A stretch of 62,783 nucleotides of DNA from Hyphomicrobiales bacterium (GCA_027024225.1 JALVSR010000132.1:1-62783); one strand, 5' to 3'. Positions 42,150-53,859 are shown, counted from the first letter of the stretch. Translations and numbers: made by a program. Notes: generated by a model not told the origin, from the letters alone.

Positions 42150-43259
42150 ATGACGCAGATGCAGGACAACACGCCCCGGCCGCGCCCTTCCATTCTGGAA
42201 ATCACGCCCTACGTGCCGGGCGAAAGCGAGGTGGCGGGCGCGCGCAAGGTATTCAAGCTCTCCTCCAACGAGTCGCCGCTGGGGCCGTCTCCGGCGGCGA
42301 AGGAGGCCTTCCGCGCTGCCGCCGAGCACCTGACCGAATACCCCGACGGCACCGCGCGCGACCTGCGCGCGGCCATTGCCGAGCGCCACGGCCTGAACCC
42401 GGACAACATCGTCTGCGGCAACGGCTCGGACGAACTCCTCACCCTGCTGGCGCAGGCCTACCTCTCGCCGGGTGACGAGGCCATTCACACCGAGCACGGC
42501 TTCCTAATCTATCCCGTCGCCATCCGCGCCGCCGGTGGCGTACCGGTGGTGGCGCGCGAGGAAAACCTGACCGCCAGCGTGGACGCCATCCTGGAGAAGG
42601 TCACGGAGCGCACGAAGCTGGTGTATCTCGCCAACCCCAACAACCCCACCGGCACCTACCTTCCCATCGACGAGCTGAAGCGTCTGCAGGCCGCCCTGCC
42701 CGCACACACCATGCTCGTCATCGACGCGGCCTATGCCGAATACGTCAGGCGCAACGATTACGAAGCGGGCATCGAACTGGTGTCCTCCAGCCACAACGTG
42801 GTCATGACCCGCACCTTCTCGAAGGCCTATGGGCTGGCGGGCCTGCGCATCGGCTGGATGTACGCGCCCGCGCACGTGGCGGACATCATCAACCGCATCC
42901 GCGGTCCGTTCAACGTCAACGTCGCCGCGCTCGCCGCCGGGGCCGCGGCCATGCGTGACGCCGCCCACCTGCAACGCGCCGTGGAGCACAACGAGCACTG
43001 GCGCGAATGGCTGCGCGAAGAGCTGACGAAACTGGGGCTGCGGGTCACGCCCTCGGTGGCCAACTTCCTGCTCATCCACTTCCCCGACGAGCCGGGCAAG
43101 CGCGCCGCGGACGCTGATGCCTTTCTCAAGACGCGCGGGCTCATCCTGCGCCGCGTTGCGGGCTATGGCTTTCCCAACGCCTTGCGCATGAGCATCGGCA
43201 CGGAGGAAGCCAACCGCCTGCTCGTCGACACCTTGCGGAAGTTTCTTGAGGGCCCATGA
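42150..43259 (+). CDS. hisC: histidinol-phosphate aminotransferase
   Basis: [43 protein letters not shown]. Confidence 0.96.
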   Translation: MTQMQDNTPRPRPSILEITPYVPGESEVAGARKVFKLSSNESPLGPSPAAKEAFRAAAEHLTEYPDGTARDLRAAIAERHGLNPDNIVCGNGSDELLTLLAQAYLSPGDEAIHTEHGFLIYPVAIRAAGGVPVVAREENLTASVDAILEKVTERTKLVYLANPNNPTGTYLPIDELKRLQAALPAHTMLVIDAAYAEYVRRNDYEAGIELVSSSHNVVMTRTFSKAYGLAGLRIGWMYAPAHVADIINRIRGPFNVNVAALAAGAAAMRDAAHLQRAVEHNEHWREWLREELTKLGLRVTPSVANFLLIHFPDEPGKRAADADAFLKTRGLILRRVAGYGFPNALRMSIGTEEANRLLVDTLRKFLEGP

Positions 43260-44224
43260 CCGATACACCGGACAAGCAGACCACCGGCACCACCGCGCAG
43301 AACACAGGACGCGACGACCGTCCCATGTTCAACCGCGTGGCGCTCGTCGGCCTTGGCCTCATTGGCTCGTCGCTGGCGCACGTCATGCGGCGGGAGAACC
43401 TGGCCGGGCACATCGCCGGCGCCACCCGCAGCGAGGCCACGCTCAAGCGGGCCGAGGAGCTGGGCCTGTGCGACAGCTATCACCTGGACGCGGCGGAAGC
43501 GGTGAAGGATGCTGACCTGGTGTTCCTCAATGTGCCCGTGGGCGCCATGGGTACGGTGGCCGAACACATCGCCCCGGCGCTGAAGAAGGGCGCCATCCTT
43601 ACCGACGTCGGCTCGGTCAAGGGCGCGGTCATTCGCGATGTTTCCCCGCACGTGCCGGAAGGGGTGCATTTCATTCCCGGTCATCCCATCGCCGGCACCG
43701 AGCAGTCCGGTCCGGACGCGGGTTTTGCCGAATTGTTCGAGAACCGCTGGTGCATCCTGGTGCCGCTGGAAAACACCGATGACGAGGCTCTCGCCCGCCT
43801 GAAGCGCTTCTGGCAGGCCGCCGGCGCCAACGTGGACACCATGACGGCGGAGCATCACGATCTGGTGCTGGGCATCACCTCGCATCTGCCGCACCTGATC
43901 GCCTACAACATCGTGCTCACCGCGGCTGATCTGGAAGAAGTGACGGAATCGGAGGTCATCAAGTATTCCGCCGGCGGCTTTCGCGACTTCACGCGGCTTG
44001 CCGCCTCCGATCCCGTGATGTGGCGCGACGTTTTCCTCAACAACCGCGAGGCAGTGCTGGAGCTGTTGGGCCGCTTCATGGAGGATCTGCACGTCTTGCA
44101 GCGCGCCATCCGCTGGGGCGAGGGAGACAAGCTCCACGAGCTGTTCAAGCGCTCCCGCCGCATCCGCCGCGAGATCATCGAGGCCGGACAGGACACCCCC
44201 GCGCCGGGCTTCGGCCGCCGCTGA
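43256..44224 (+). CDS. tyrC: prephenate/arogenate (cyclohexadienyl) dehydrogenase
   Basis: [36 protein letters not shown]. Confidence 0.93.
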   Translation: MTDTPDKQTTGTTAQNTGRDDRPMFNRVALVGLGLIGSSLAHVMRRENLAGHIAGATRSEATLKRAEELGLCDSYHLDAAEAVKDADLVFLNVPVGAMGTVAEHIAPALKKGAILTDVGSVKGAVIRDVSPHVPEGVHFIPGHPIAGTEQSGPDAGFAELFENRWCILVPLENTDDEALARLKRFWQAAGANVDTMTAEHHDLVLGITSHLPHLIAYNIVLTAADLEEVTESEVIKYSAGGFRDFTRLAASDPVMWRDVFLNNREAVLELLGRFMEDLHVLQRAIRWGEGDKLHELFKRSRRIRREIIEAGQDTPAPGFGRR

Positions 44225-44313
44225 TCACGCCGCTCAAGGCGCGTCATGCCGCATCGTCACGGTGCACGCCCCGCACACGCGATGCCGCAACGCTCCCATG
44301 CGGGCCATGTGTC

Positions 44314-44342
44314 TTGCATTTTCGCGGTCTTGTGCGCTATAT
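44314..44342 (+). promoter_or_regulatory. sigma70 promoter of rplY
   Basis: (C)TTGCAT-N17-CTATAT, the alphaproteobacterial RpoD consensus. Confidence 0.65.
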
Positions 44343-44460
44343 GCCCGCATCCCGGAACGCGAAGGCTGGCATCCGTGCGGCGGGGACGGTCACCCCTGGA
44401 GGAAGCTCGCCGCGCCAGTCCGCATGTTCCGCAACACGAACCTGATCAGGAGTTTCAATC

Positions 44461-45084
44461 ATGGCCAATATCATTCAGATGCAGGCCGAACGGCGCGAAA
44501 GAGGCGGCAAGGGGGCCGCACGCCGTTTGCGCAAGCAGGGCCGCGTGCCGGGCGTCATCTACGGCGACAACAAGGAACCGGAAATGATCCACGTCAGCTT
44601 CGTGGATCTGCTCAAGCAGGTCAACACGGGCACTTTCGAATCCACACTGGTGGACCTGGAGGTGGAAGGCAAGAAAGTGCGCTGCATTCCGCGCGACGTG
44701 CAACTGGACCCGGTGCGCGACTTTCCCATCCACGTGGATTTCCTGCGCCTGGGCAAGGGCGCGCGTATCGCGGTGGAAATCCCGGTGGAATACGTGGGCC
44801 ATGAACAATCGCCGGGCCTGAAGCGCGGCGGCGCGCTCAACATCGTGCGCCACGAGGTGGAGGTCTATGTGAACGCCGACAACATTCCGGAGAAGATCGT
44901 GGCCGACATCTCCGGCCTGAACATCGGCGATTCCCTGCACATCTCCGCCGTGAAGCTGCCCGAAGGAGTGGAGCCGGTCATCCAGGACCGCGACTTCACG
45001 CTCGCCACCATCACCGGCCGCGTGGCCGACACCACCGAGGCCGAAGAAGGCGAAGAGGCCGAAGAAACGGGCGAGGAGGAATAA
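44461..45084 (+). CDS. rplY: 50S ribosomal protein L25/Ctc
   Basis: GKGAARRLR, PGVIYG, HVDF, GDSLH, acidic tail. Confidence 0.96.
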   Translation: MANIIQMQAERRERGGKGAARRLRKQGRVPGVIYGDNKEPEMIHVSFVDLLKQVNTGTFESTLVDLEVEGKKVRCIPRDVQLDPVRDFPIHVDFLRLGKGARIAVEIPVEYVGHEQSPGLKRGGALNIVRHEVEVYVNADNIPEKIVADISGLNIGDSLHISAVKLPEGVEPVIQDRDFTLATITGRVADTTEAEEGEEAEETGEEE

Positions 45085-45189
45085 TCCTCTCCTCGCACCT
45101 CTGGCGCCAGACGGAATGCGTGATCACCGGCCCGGCGGGAACATCCTTCCGGGCCGGTTGCGCATCGGTGCTTTTGCTGGAACATGCAC

Positions 45190-45783
45190 ATGAAGCTCAT
45201 CGTCGGACTGGGCAATCCGGGCGAAAAGCATGCCCGCAACCGGCACAATGTCGGGTTTCTGGCGGTGGATGCCATCGCCGATGCGCACGGGTTTGGCCCG
45301 TGGCGAAAAAAGTTTTCCGGCCAGCTGGCCGAGGGTGTCATCGCCGGCGAGAAGGTGCTGCTGCTCAAGCCCGAAACTTTCATGAACGACTCCGGCCGAG
45401 CCGTGGCCGAAGCCGCGAAATTCTTCAAGCTGGCCCCGGAGGATATCATCGTCATCCATGACGAGCTGGACTTGGCGCCGGGGCGGGTGCGGATGAAAAC
45501 CGGAGGGGGGCATGCGGGCCACAACGGCCTGCGCTCCATCATCGCCCATATCGGCGGCAATTTTCACCGCCTGCGCATCGGCATCGGCCATCCGGGCAGC
45601 AAGGAGGCGGTTACCCGCCACGTGCTCTCCGATTTCTCGAAGCAGGAGCGGGAATGGCTGGCGCCATTGCTGGAGGCCGTCGCCCGCCACGCCGACCTGC
45701 TGGTCAAGGGCCGGTTTTCGGATTTCACCAGCAAGGTGATGATGGACGCGCCGCCACCCCCCGGCAACGAACGGAAAGGTTGA
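45190..45783 (+). CDS. pth: peptidyl-tRNA hydrolase
   Basis: [32 protein letters not shown]. Confidence 0.96.
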   Translation: MKLIVGLGNPGEKHARNRHNVGFLAVDAIADAHGFGPWRKKFSGQLAEGVIAGEKVLLLKPETFMNDSGRAVAEAAKFFKLAPEDIIVIHDELDLAPGRVRMKTGGGHAGHNGLRSIIAHIGGNFHRLRIGIGHPGSKEAVTRHVLSDFSKQEREWLAPLLEAVARHADLLVKGRFSDFTSKVMMDAPPPPGNERKG

Positions 45784-45787
45784 GAAA

Positions 45788-46885
45788 ATGGGTTTCAAAT
45801 GCGGCATCGTGGGCCTGCCCAACGTGGGCAAGTCCACCCTGTTCAACGCGCTCACCAAAACCGCCGCCGCGCAGGCGGCCAACTACCCCTTCTGCACCAT
45901 CGAGCCCAACGTCGGCGAGGTGGCCGTGCCCGATCCGCGCCTGGACAGGATCGCCGAGATCGCGCAGTCGGCCAACGTGGTGCCCACCCGCATCACCTTC
46001 GTGGACATCGCCGGCCTCGTGCGCGGCGCCTCGAAGGGTGAAGGCCTGGGCAACCAGTTCCTGGCCAACATCCGCGAGGTGGACGCCATCGTTCACGTGC
46101 TGCGCTGCTTCGAGGACGCCGACATCACCCACGTGGAGGGCGGCGTGGACCCGCTGCGCGATGCCGAGATCATCGAAACCGAGCTGATGCTGGCCGACCT
46201 GGAGAGTCTCGAAAAGCGCCTGCCCATGCTGGAGAAGAAGGCCGCCACCGGCGACAAGGAGGCGAAGGCCGAGCTCGCGGTCATCATGCCCGCACTTGAG
46301 CTGCTGCGCGAGGGCCGCCCGGCACGGCTGGCCGACATCGGCGAAGAGCGCATGCCCCGCTTCAAGCGCCTGCAACTGCTCACCGCCAAGCCGGTGCTTT
46401 ACGTGTGCAACGTGGACGAGGCTTCCCTGCCCGAAGGCAACGAGTGGGTGGAAAAGGTGCGCGCCAAGGCGGCTGAAGAAGGCGCGCGCGTGGTCGTCAT
46501 TGCCGCCGCGCTGGAGGAGCAGCTGGCCCAACTGGACGAGGAGGAGCAGCGCGAATATCTCGAATCCGTCGGGCTGGAAGAGCCGGGCCTGAACCGCCTC
46601 ATCCGCGAGGGCTATGCCCTGCTCGACCTCATCACCTTCTTCACCGCCGGGCCGAAGGAAGCCCGCGCCTGGACGGTGCGTCGCGGCGCCACCGCGCCGG
46701 AAGCGGCGGGCGTCATTCACACGGATTTCCAGCGCGGCTTCATCCGCGCCGAGGTCATCTCATACGAGGATTACGTCAGACATGGCGGCGAAGCCGGCGC
46801 GCGGGAGGCCGGCAAGCTGCGCCAGGAAGGCAAGGACTACGTGGTGCAGGACGGTGACGTGATGCACTTCAAATTCAACGTGTAA
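45788..46885 (+). CDS. ychF: ribosome-binding ATPase YchF
   Basis: [28 protein letters not shown] domain. Confidence 0.97.
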   Translation: MGFKCGIVGLPNVGKSTLFNALTKTAAAQAANYPFCTIEPNVGEVAVPDPRLDRIAEIAQSANVVPTRITFVDIAGLVRGASKGEGLGNQFLANIREVDAIVHVLRCFEDADITHVEGGVDPLRDAEIIETELMLADLESLEKRLPMLEKKAATGDKEAKAELAVIMPALELLREGRPARLADIGEERMPRFKRLQLLTAKPVLYVCNVDEASLPEGNEWVEKVRAKAAEEGARVVVIAAALEEQLAQLDEEEQREYLESVGLEEPGLNRLIREGYALLDLITFFTAGPKEARAWTVRRGATAPEAAGVIHTDFQRGFIRAEVISYEDYVRHGGEAGAREAGKLRQEGKDYVVQDGDVMHFKFNV

Positions 46886-47090
46886 GGCAATCTGGAGCAA
46901 AAAATTGCTCTTATGCGTTGAAAGGCATCTTTCTGCTCTTATGTGAGCATTCACGGGCGCCATTCCTCCGCATTTGCAGAAGCAATTCGCTTCCAGCTTC
47001 CATGTGCCCGGAGCGCATTCACCGCGCTTCCGGCAATGGGATGGCGCGTGGGTTTTCGGAAGGACGATTGGCATTGAAGGGAGCAGAAAA

Positions 47091-47705
47091 ATGGTTGAAA
47101 CAGCTGCGTCGGCCACATCCGGCGCGATGAACGAAACCGATGAGAAGGCATTGGCCAAGAACTGGAAATGGCTGATGCTGGATGGCGTGTTGATGATCCT
47201 GGTGGGCATCATCGCCGCCTTCGCACCCATTTCGGCGGTTTACGCCATGACCCTCGTGTGGGGTGCGTTCACCTTTGCGGACGGCATCTTCTCCATCGCC
47301 GCAGGCGTCGCCAAGGCACGCAAGCGCGAGGAACACTGGGTGGCCATGCTGTTGCGCGGCGCGCTGGGACTTATGGCGGGCATCGTGGTGCTGGTCATGC
47401 CGCTGGTGGCCACGGTGGCGCTGGTGGCCTTCACCTGGGCCATGATTTCCATCTGGTCGTTCGTGACCGGTGTCATGGAGGTGGCCGCGGCCATTCGCCT
47501 GCGCAAGGAAATCGAGGGCGAATGGCTCATGGCGCTCTCCGGCATCGTCTCCATTCTTTTTGGCCTTGCCATTCCGGTGTTCCTGATCATGTATCCTGCG
47601 GCTTCACTCGTGGCCATGGGCTACATGGTCGGCTTCTGGGCCTTCCTGCACGGCATGCTCACGCTGGCGCTGGCCATGAAGCTCAAGAATGAGGCCAGGG
47701 CCTGA
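47091..47705 (+). CDS. HdeD/DUF308 family membrane protein
   Basis: six TM helices, AAIRLRKEIEGEW motif. Confidence 0.88.
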   Translation: MVETAASATSGAMNETDEKALAKNWKWLMLDGVLMILVGIIAAFAPISAVYAMTLVWGAFTFADGIFSIAAGVAKARKREEHWVAMLLRGALGLMAGIVVLVMPLVATVALVAFTWAMISIWSFVTGVMEVAAAIRLRKEIEGEWLMALSGIVSILFGLAIPVFLIMYPAASLVAMGYMVGFWAFLHGMLTLALAMKLKNEARA

Positions 47706-47863
47706 AGCAGGGGCCGGACAAGCCCCGTGGGAACGGGAGCCGCTCAGGCTTCCGTTCCTCACCGCAGGCCACACGAAAACGTCAACTCCTTCCGGTTGCG
47801 AAGCGCCCGCAGGCGTGTATATTCACTCTCCATCGCAGGGGGAGAATCGGGAGATTCGGGGAA

Positions 47864-48478
47864 ATGAACGGGACCGTGCCACGCAGAGTTCCAAGACTGT
47901 TCATGGCCATTCTTGCCGGCCTCGCCTTGCTGATGGCGGGAGTGTCGTCCGCCGGGGCGGAGGCGAAACGCAAATACAATTTCGGCCCCCGGAAACTTAC
48001 CTTCGACGCGGCCAAATACGCGCCCCGCATCGTTTCCTACATCACCGATGAAAAGCCCGGCACCATCATCATCAACACCCGGCGGCGTTATCTCTACCTG
48101 ATCCTGGGCAATGGCAAGGCCAAGCGCTATGGCATCGGCGTGGGCCGCGCGGGCTTTCAATGGACGGGCGAGGCCCGCATTGGCCGCAAGCAGGAGTGGC
48201 CGGATTGGCATCCACCCAAGGAGATGATCGAGCGCGAGTGGAAAAAGTACAAGCGCAAGCTGCCCGAAAAGATGAAAGGCGGCCCGAACAACCCGCTTGG
48301 CGCGCGCGCCCTGTATCTCTTCCAGGGCAACAGGGATACGCTCTATCGCATCCATGGCACCAACGCCCCCTGGAGCATCGGCCGCGCGGTGTCTTCGGGC
48401 TGCATTCGCATGCGCAACGAGGATGTCATCGACCTTTACAAGCGGGTGAAGGTGGGCGCCAAGGTCATCGTGAAATGA
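47864..48478 (+). CDS. L,D-transpeptidase (ErfK/YbiS family)
   Basis: signal peptide, RYGIGVG, NPLGARALY, YRIHGT, SSGCIRM. Confidence 0.93.
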   Translation: MNGTVPRRVPRLFMAILAGLALLMAGVSSAGAEAKRKYNFGPRKLTFDAAKYAPRIVSYITDEKPGTIIINTRRRYLYLILGNGKAKRYGIGVGRAGFQWTGEARIGRKQEWPDWHPPKEMIEREWKKYKRKLPEKMKGGPNNPLGARALYLFQGNRDTLYRIHGTNAPWSIGRAVSSGCIRMRNEDVIDLYKRVKVGAKVIVK

Positions 48479-48712
48479 TCCGCTCCTCATCCACCGTCGG
48501 CGCCCGTCCGTAACGCCAAATGTCCGATGGCGCGCCCGAACGTCCCGCACGCACACGGATGGCTTCGGGCGCTGTTCTGCGCGCACGCGCTTTGCAGGCA
48601 ACGGCGGCGCGGAGAAAGCCTGGCGCCAAATGGTCCGCGAAAGGCTCGGGGAATGCTGGCCCTGCGGGCGTTTCGGAGAGGCGTGCACGCGCCACGGCCC
48701 GCCATCATCGCC

Positions 48713-49486
48713 CTACAGCGCCGCGGCGCCCATGATGGGGCCATGTCCTTGCAGCTGCAACAGCGCGACGCACAAGTCGCTTTCCTCGCCCATCACGTGT
48801 TCATGCGGCAGTGCCAGCTCCATCGCCTCGCCATGCCACATGCCCGCCGGCGCGATGCTGCGCGCCACGTGATGATAGACTATCTCGCGGCCGGCGTTTT
48901 CCCCGCGCCTGATGCGCTGCCTGTGATGCCTCTTGATGGTCACCAGCCACAGGGTGGCGTTGACGTCTCTCCAAGGCTCCGGCGCCGCCCCCACCTCTAT
49001 GCGCAGGGCCTTTTCGCGCCTGTGCAGCCTCAGGGGAACGCGCAAGCCCCCCTCCGCGCCATCGCCGTTCCTCAGCAGGGCCCGAACCTTCTCTGGCACC
49101 TTGTCGGTGGGGCAGCGGCGGCCATTGACGACCATTTGCGGCGTATAGACGCTTTCCTGCCCCCAGGCGCGGGCATAGAGGTGATGACGACGGGTGAATT
49201 CCGGCCGCGCCAGCGTATCCCGCCAGCCCAGGTAGTCCCAGATATCCACGTTGTAGCTGACCCCCAGCACGCCGGGCATTTGGCACAATTTTCCCAGCAA
49301 CCTGTCGGCCGGCGGACAGGCGGAACACCCCTGCGAAGTGAACAGCTCCACCACCACCCGCACCGGGGCGGATTGCGCCATTTGCATCGCGCCCACCCGC
49401 CTTGCCGCTACCGGCAGCATTCCGACGGTGGCGAGCGCCAGCACCATCTGGCGGCGGGAGGGCAGAAGATATAGGGGCCTGTTCAT
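48713..49486 (-). CDS. DUF1223 thioredoxin-like protein
   Basis: SRRQMVL Tat-like signal, VVELFTSQGCSACPPAD, WDYLGWRD, YTPQMVVNG. Confidence 0.9.
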   Translation of the reverse strand: MNRPLYLLPSRRQMVLALATVGMLPVAARRVGAMQMAQSAPVRVVVELFTSQGCSACPPADRLLGKLCQMPGVLGVSYNVDIWDYLGWRDTLARPEFTRRHHLYARAWGQESVYTPQMVVNGRRCPTDKVPEKVRALLRNGDGAEGGLRVPLRLHRREKALRIEVGAAPEPWRDVNATLWLVTIKRHHRQRIRRGENAGREIVYHHVARSIAPAGMWHGEAMELALPHEHVMGEESDLCVALLQLQGHGPIMGAAAL

Positions 49487-49739
49487 GTTCGCGCGATCCC
49501 AAGGGCGGCAATGCCGCCAGTTCCTGTTCCTTTGCCGCCCGTCCGGCAATGCGCGGGCGCTTTCCTGCATGATCTCGAAGGCTCGGAGCCAACGGGGAAT
49601 CCCGGCGCCAGTCCGCCGCAAGAAGCCCTCCGCATTGTCCAAGGCATCGATCTCTCCACGCCCTCCGCGAAGGCGGGGCTGCGAAATCCATTCAACTGTA
49701 TCGGGTCCAAGCCTAACCCAATTTCGACCGCCGCGGGCT

Positions 49740-50684
49740 TCACTTTCGCTTGATGGTCTTGCGAGCCTCGCCATCGGGTTGCGGCAACTCGTGGCGCAGA
49801 TAATCCAGAAACCGCTGCGCCACCAGCGATAGCCTGCGCTGCTTCAGGTGCACGGCGAACCACTGGCGCATTAGCGGAAAGTTTTCCACGTCGAGAATGA
49901 CCAGGTGTCCGCTTTCGGCCTCGCGCTCCACCGTCTGGCGCGGTAGCACGGAAACGCCAAGACCCGCCAGCACCGCCTGCTTGATGGCCTCGGCCGAGCC
50001 CAGCTCCATGGTCGGGCGCACGGAAAGGCCGTGCTCGGCGAACAGACTGTCCACCGCCATGCGCGTGCCGGAGCCGCGCTCGCGCATCAGGAAGCGTTCT
50101 TCCGCCAACCGCGCCAGGGGAATGCCCCCCCTCTCCTTCAACGGATGATCGGGCGGGGCGATGACCACCAGCTCGTTGTCCAGGAACGGATGCGCCACCA
50201 CATCCAGTTCCTGCGGCGCGCGGCCCATGATGATGAGATCGTCGGCACCGGTGCGCAAAAGCTCGATCACGCGTGCCCTGTTGGTGACCGAAAGAAACGG
50301 CTCAACCCTCGGATAGCGTTTGAGGAAGGCGCCCAGGATGTGCGGCAGGAAGTAGGCGGCGCTGGTCACGGTGGCGATGCGCAAATCGCCCCGCACCTCG
50401 CCCTTGAGTTCCTGCGCCAGCTCGCGCAGGCCTTCCGTGCGGGCCAGGATGTCGGCGGCCGCCTGCATCACCTTGCGGCCATCGGAAGTCAGCCGCACCC
50501 GGCGGCCCACCTGCTCCAGCAGCTCCAGCCCCAGTTCGTCCGCCAGCTTGGCCACCTGCATGGACACCGTGGGCTGGGTCAGGTGCAGCTCCCTCGCCGC
50601 GGCGGTGAAACTTTCCAGCCGCGCCACGGCCTCGAAAATCTGCAACTGGCGCAGGGTCACGCGCTGCGCCATGCGATAGCTCAT
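49740..50684 (-). CDS. cbbR: LysR-family regulator CbbR
   Basis: TLRQL...SFTAAARELHLTQPTVS, RERGSGTR, EAIKQAV; divergent from cbbL. Confidence 0.9.
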   Translation of the reverse strand: MSYRMAQRVTLRQLQIFEAVARLESFTAAARELHLTQPTVSMQVAKLADELGLELLEQVGRRVRLTSDGRKVMQAAADILARTEGLRELAQELKGEVRGDLRIATVTSAAYFLPHILGAFLKRYPRVEPFLSVTNRARVIELLRTGADDLIIMGRAPQELDVVAHPFLDNELVVIAPPDHPLKERGGIPLARLAEERFLMRERGSGTRMAVDSLFAEHGLSVRPTMELGSAEAIKQAVLAGLGVSVLPRQTVEREAESGHLVILDVENFPLMRQWFAVHLKQRRLSLVAQRFLDYLRHELPQPDGEARKTIKRK

Positions 50685-50724
50685 TCGCGGGGCGGAGGAC
50701 GTGTCATGTATTTTTCGCAAGGGC

Positions 50725-50770
50725 GCAATTCCATCTATGGGTCGGATAGAAAATTTCGATTTTTTCTTAT
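50725..50770. promoter_or_regulatory. putative CbbR binding region
   Basis: AT-rich LysR-type operator-like sequence (CTAT...ATAGAAAATTTCGAT) in the cbbR/cbbL intergenic region. Confidence 0.45.
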
Positions 50771-50897
50771 GGCAAGGATTCGTTAGGGTGTCCACAACCT
50801 GCTTGGGGCAGGGAGGCCGGCTCTCCGCATTCGCCAGCACTCACGGCAAGGGAGGGGAGCGGCAAACGATCGTCAAATGTCTGATGAGGAGAAGACC

Positions 50898-52316
50898 ATG
50901 GCCAAGAAATACGAGGCCGGCGTTAAGGAATACAAGGAGACCTACTGGGATCCTGACTACACGCCGAAGGACAGCGACATCCTGGCTGTCTTCAAGGTGG
51001 TGCCGCAGCCCGGCGTGCCGCGCGAGGAAGCGGCCGCGGCGGTGGCGGCGGAGTCCTCCACCGGCACCTGGACGACGGTGTGGACGGACCTGCTGACCGA
51101 TCTCGACTATTACAAGGGCCGCGCCTATGCCATCGAGGACGTGCCCGGCGACGACGAGGCCTTCTACGCCTTCATCGCCTATCCCATGGGCCTGTTCGAG
51201 GAAGGCTCGGTGGTGAACGTGTTCACCTCCATCGTCGGCAACGTGTTCGGCTTCAAGGCGGTGCGCAGCCTGCGCCTTGAGGACGTGCGCTTCCCGCTGT
51301 GGTTCGTCGCCACCTGCAATGGTCCGCCCAACGGCATCCAGGTGGAGCGCGACAAGCTGGACAAGTATGGTCGTCCGCTGCTGGGCTGCACCATCAAGCC
51401 GAAGCTGGGCCTGTCGGCCAAGAACTACGGCCGCGCCATCTACGAGGCGCTGCGCGGCGGCCTGGACTTCACCAAGGACGACGAGAACGTCAACTCCCAG
51501 CCGTTCATGCGCTGGCGTGACCGCTTCCTGTTCGCCCAGGAGGCCATCAACAAGGCCGAGGCCGAAACAGGCGAGCGCAAGGGTCACTACCTGAACGTGA
51601 CGGCCCCGGACGTGGAGGAGATGTTCAAGCGCGCCGAGTTCGCCAAGGAGATCGGCTCGCGCATCATCATGTCCGACTACCTCACGCTGGGCTGGGCGGC
51701 GCACAACTCGCTGTCCAAGTGGTGCCGCGACAACGGCATGCTGCTGCACGTGCACCGCGCCATGCACGCGGTGATCGACCGCCATCCGCGGCACGGCATC
51801 AACTTCCGCGTGCTGACCAAGCTGCTGCGCCTGCTGGGTGGCGACCACCTGCATTCCGGCACCGTGGTGGGCAAGCTGGAAGGCGACCGCCAGGCCACGC
51901 TGGGCTGGATCGACCTGATGCGCGACCGCTACGTGAAGGAAGACCGCTCGCGCGGCATCTTCTTCGATCAGGACTGGGGCCAGATGCGCGGCCTGTTCCC
52001 GGTGGCTTCCGGTGGCATCCACGTCTGGCACATGCCGGCGCTGGTCTCCATCTTCGGCGACGACTCCGTGCTGCAGTTCGGCGGTGGCACGCTGGGCCAC
52101 CCGTGGGGCAACGCGGCCGGTGCGGCGGCCAACCGCGTGGCGCTGGAAGCCTGCGTGCAGGCGCGCAACGAAGGCCGCGAGCTGGAGAAGGAAGGCAAGG
52201 ACATCCTCACCAAGGCGGCCAAGCACTCGCCTGAGCTGAAGATGGCCATGGAGACCTGGAAGGAAATCAAGTTCGAGTTCGACACCGTGGACAAGCTGGA
52301 CGTGGCGCACCGCTAA
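50898..52316 (+). CDS. cbbL: RuBisCO form IA large subunit
   Basis: [57 protein letters not shown]. Confidence 0.98.
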   Translation: MAKKYEAGVKEYKETYWDPDYTPKDSDILAVFKVVPQPGVPREEAAAAVAAESSTGTWTTVWTDLLTDLDYYKGRAYAIEDVPGDDEAFYAFIAYPMGLFEEGSVVNVFTSIVGNVFGFKAVRSLRLEDVRFPLWFVATCNGPPNGIQVERDKLDKYGRPLLGCTIKPKLGLSAKNYGRAIYEALRGGLDFTKDDENVNSQPFMRWRDRFLFAQEAINKAEAETGERKGHYLNVTAPDVEEMFKRAEFAKEIGSRIIMSDYLTLGWAAHNSLSKWCRDNGMLLHVHRAMHAVIDRHPRHGINFRVLTKLLRLLGGDHLHSGTVVGKLEGDRQATLGWIDLMRDRYVKEDRSRGIFFDQDWGQMRGLFPVASGGIHVWHMPALVSIFGDDSVLQFGGGTLGHPWGNAAGAAANRVALEACVQARNEGRELEKEGKDILTKAAKHSPELKMAMETWKEIKFEFDTVDKLDVAHR

Positions 52317-52382
52317 GGTGCGTCGCGCCCACCACGGGCGAGACGACCGGATTCGAACGCACAGACACACAAGGAGGACGAC

Positions 52383-52778
52383 ATGTCCGAAGTTATGGAT
52401 TATCCCTCGCGGCTTTCCGACATCAAGAGCCGCAAATACGGCACCTTCTCCTACCTGCCGGAGATGACCGAAGAAGAGATTCGCAAGCAGGTGGAATACA
52501 TCGTGTCCCAGGGCTGGCAGCCCATGATCGAGCACACCGAGCCGGAAAACGCCAAGCTCCACTACTGGTACATGTGGAAGCTGCCCATGTTCGGTGAAAC
52601 CGACGTGGACAAGATCATGGCCGAGCTCGAGGAGTGCAAGAAGGCCAACCCCGGCCATCACGTGAAGCTGGTGGGCCTGGACAACATCAAGCAGGTGGCC
52701 GCCGCCGCCATGGTGGTCTACCGGGGCACGCCGCCGGAGACGGTGCTGTGCGCCGACCTGCCCAAGCCGCGCTTCTGA
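52383..52778 (+). CDS. cbbS: RuBisCO small subunit (form IAq type)
   Basis: [23 protein letters not shown]; IAq-like N-terminus; C-terminal extension. Confidence 0.95.
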   Translation: MSEVMDYPSRLSDIKSRKYGTFSYLPEMTEEEIRKQVEYIVSQGWQPMIEHTEPENAKLHYWYMWKLPMFGETDVDKIMAELEECKKANPGHHVKLVGLDNIKQVAAAAMVVYRGTPPETVLCADLPKPRF

Positions 52779-52804
52779 TACGCAAGGCGGACGAAACGAT
52801 GTTC

Positions 52805-52833
52805 GGAAAGGGCCGCCAGTGGCGGCCCTTTCC
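52805..52833 (+). terminator. GC-rich hairpin after cbbS
   Basis: GGAAAGGGCCGCCA-G-TGGCGGCCCTTTCC. Confidence 0.6.
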
Positions 52834-52944
52834 ACGAAGACCACGCACATTTCGGAAAATTCATGCGTTTGATCGTTTGCTGAATACCAACCACGAGCTT
52901 CGGTGCGCGTGCGCCGTTTCGCGCCACAATGGGAGATTTGCGCC

Positions 52945-53769
52945 ATGACCGAGATGACCGACATCGACATCGAACAGTACAAGATCACCGAGGAGCCCTA
53001 CTACCGCCCCGTCGGCGACGAGGTGGAGCGCTACGAGGCGGCCTGGGAGGTGCGCATGCCGGTGATGCTGAAAGGCCCCACCGGCTGCGGCAAGTCGCGC
53101 TTCGTGGAATACATGGCCTGGAAGCTGGGCCGGCCGCTGATTACCGTGGCGTGCAACGAGGACATGACGGCCGCCGACCTGGTGGGCCGTTTCCTGCTGG
53201 ACGTGAACGGCACCCGCTGGCAGGACGGGCCGCTGACCATCGCCGCGCGCATTGGCGCCATCTGTTACCTGGACGAGGTGGTGGAGGCGCGGCAGGACAC
53301 CACGGTGGTCATTCACCCGCTCACCGACCATCGCCGCGAGCTGCCGTTGGAAAAGAAGGGTGAGCTGGTGAAGGCGCACCCGGACTTCCAGCTGGTCATT
53401 TCCTACAACCCCGGCTACCAGAGCCTGATGAAGGACCTGAAGCAGTCCACCAAGCAGCGCTTCGGCGCTATGAGCTTCGACTATCCCTCTGCCGACGTGG
53501 AGACGGAAATCGTCGCGCACGAGGCCGGGGTGGACGAGGCCACGGCGCGCAAGCTGGTGCAGGTGGCCGAGCGCTCGCGCAACCTGAAGGGCCACGGCCT
53601 GGACGAGGGCATGTCCACCCGCCTGCTCATTTATGCCGGACAGCTCATCTCCAAGGGCATCGAGCCCACGGCGGCCTGTCAGATGGCGCTCATCGAGCCG
53701 CTGACCGACGATCCGGACATGCGCGACACGCTGGAAGCCGCCGTGCAGACCTTCTTCGGGGAGGCATAA
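52945..53769 (+). CDS. cbbQ: RuBisCO activase AAA+ ATPase CbbQ
   Basis: [35 protein letters not shown]. Confidence 0.96.
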   Translation: MTEMTDIDIEQYKITEEPYYRPVGDEVERYEAAWEVRMPVMLKGPTGCGKSRFVEYMAWKLGRPLITVACNEDMTAADLVGRFLLDVNGTRWQDGPLTIAARIGAICYLDEVVEARQDTTVVIHPLTDHRRELPLEKKGELVKAHPDFQLVISYNPGYQSLMKDLKQSTKQRFGAMSFDYPSADVETEIVAHEAGVDEATARKLVQVAERSRNLKGHGLDEGMSTRLLIYAGQLISKGIEPTAACQMALIEPLTDDPDMRDTLEAAVQTFFGEA

Positions 53770-53784
53770 GCAGCTTTTTGCCGT

Positions 53785-53844
53785 CCTCCCCCTCCTGGCA
53801 AGGAAAAGTGAACCGGTTCACTTTTCCTTGCCAGGAGGGGGAGG
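53785..53844. repeat. 60-bp perfect palindrome with no spacer
   Basis: CCTCCCCCTCCTGGCAAGGAAAAGTGAACC|GGTTCACTTTTCCTTGCCAGGAGGGGGAGG, 30/30 pairs checked by hand. Confidence 0.95.
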
Positions 53845-53859
53845 CGCTGAAAAGCCTTT

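Noticed and set aside
46886-47090. Lower-GC intergenic stretch as an island boundary
   Set aside because: Consistent with an ordinary promoter region; no att repeat or integrase
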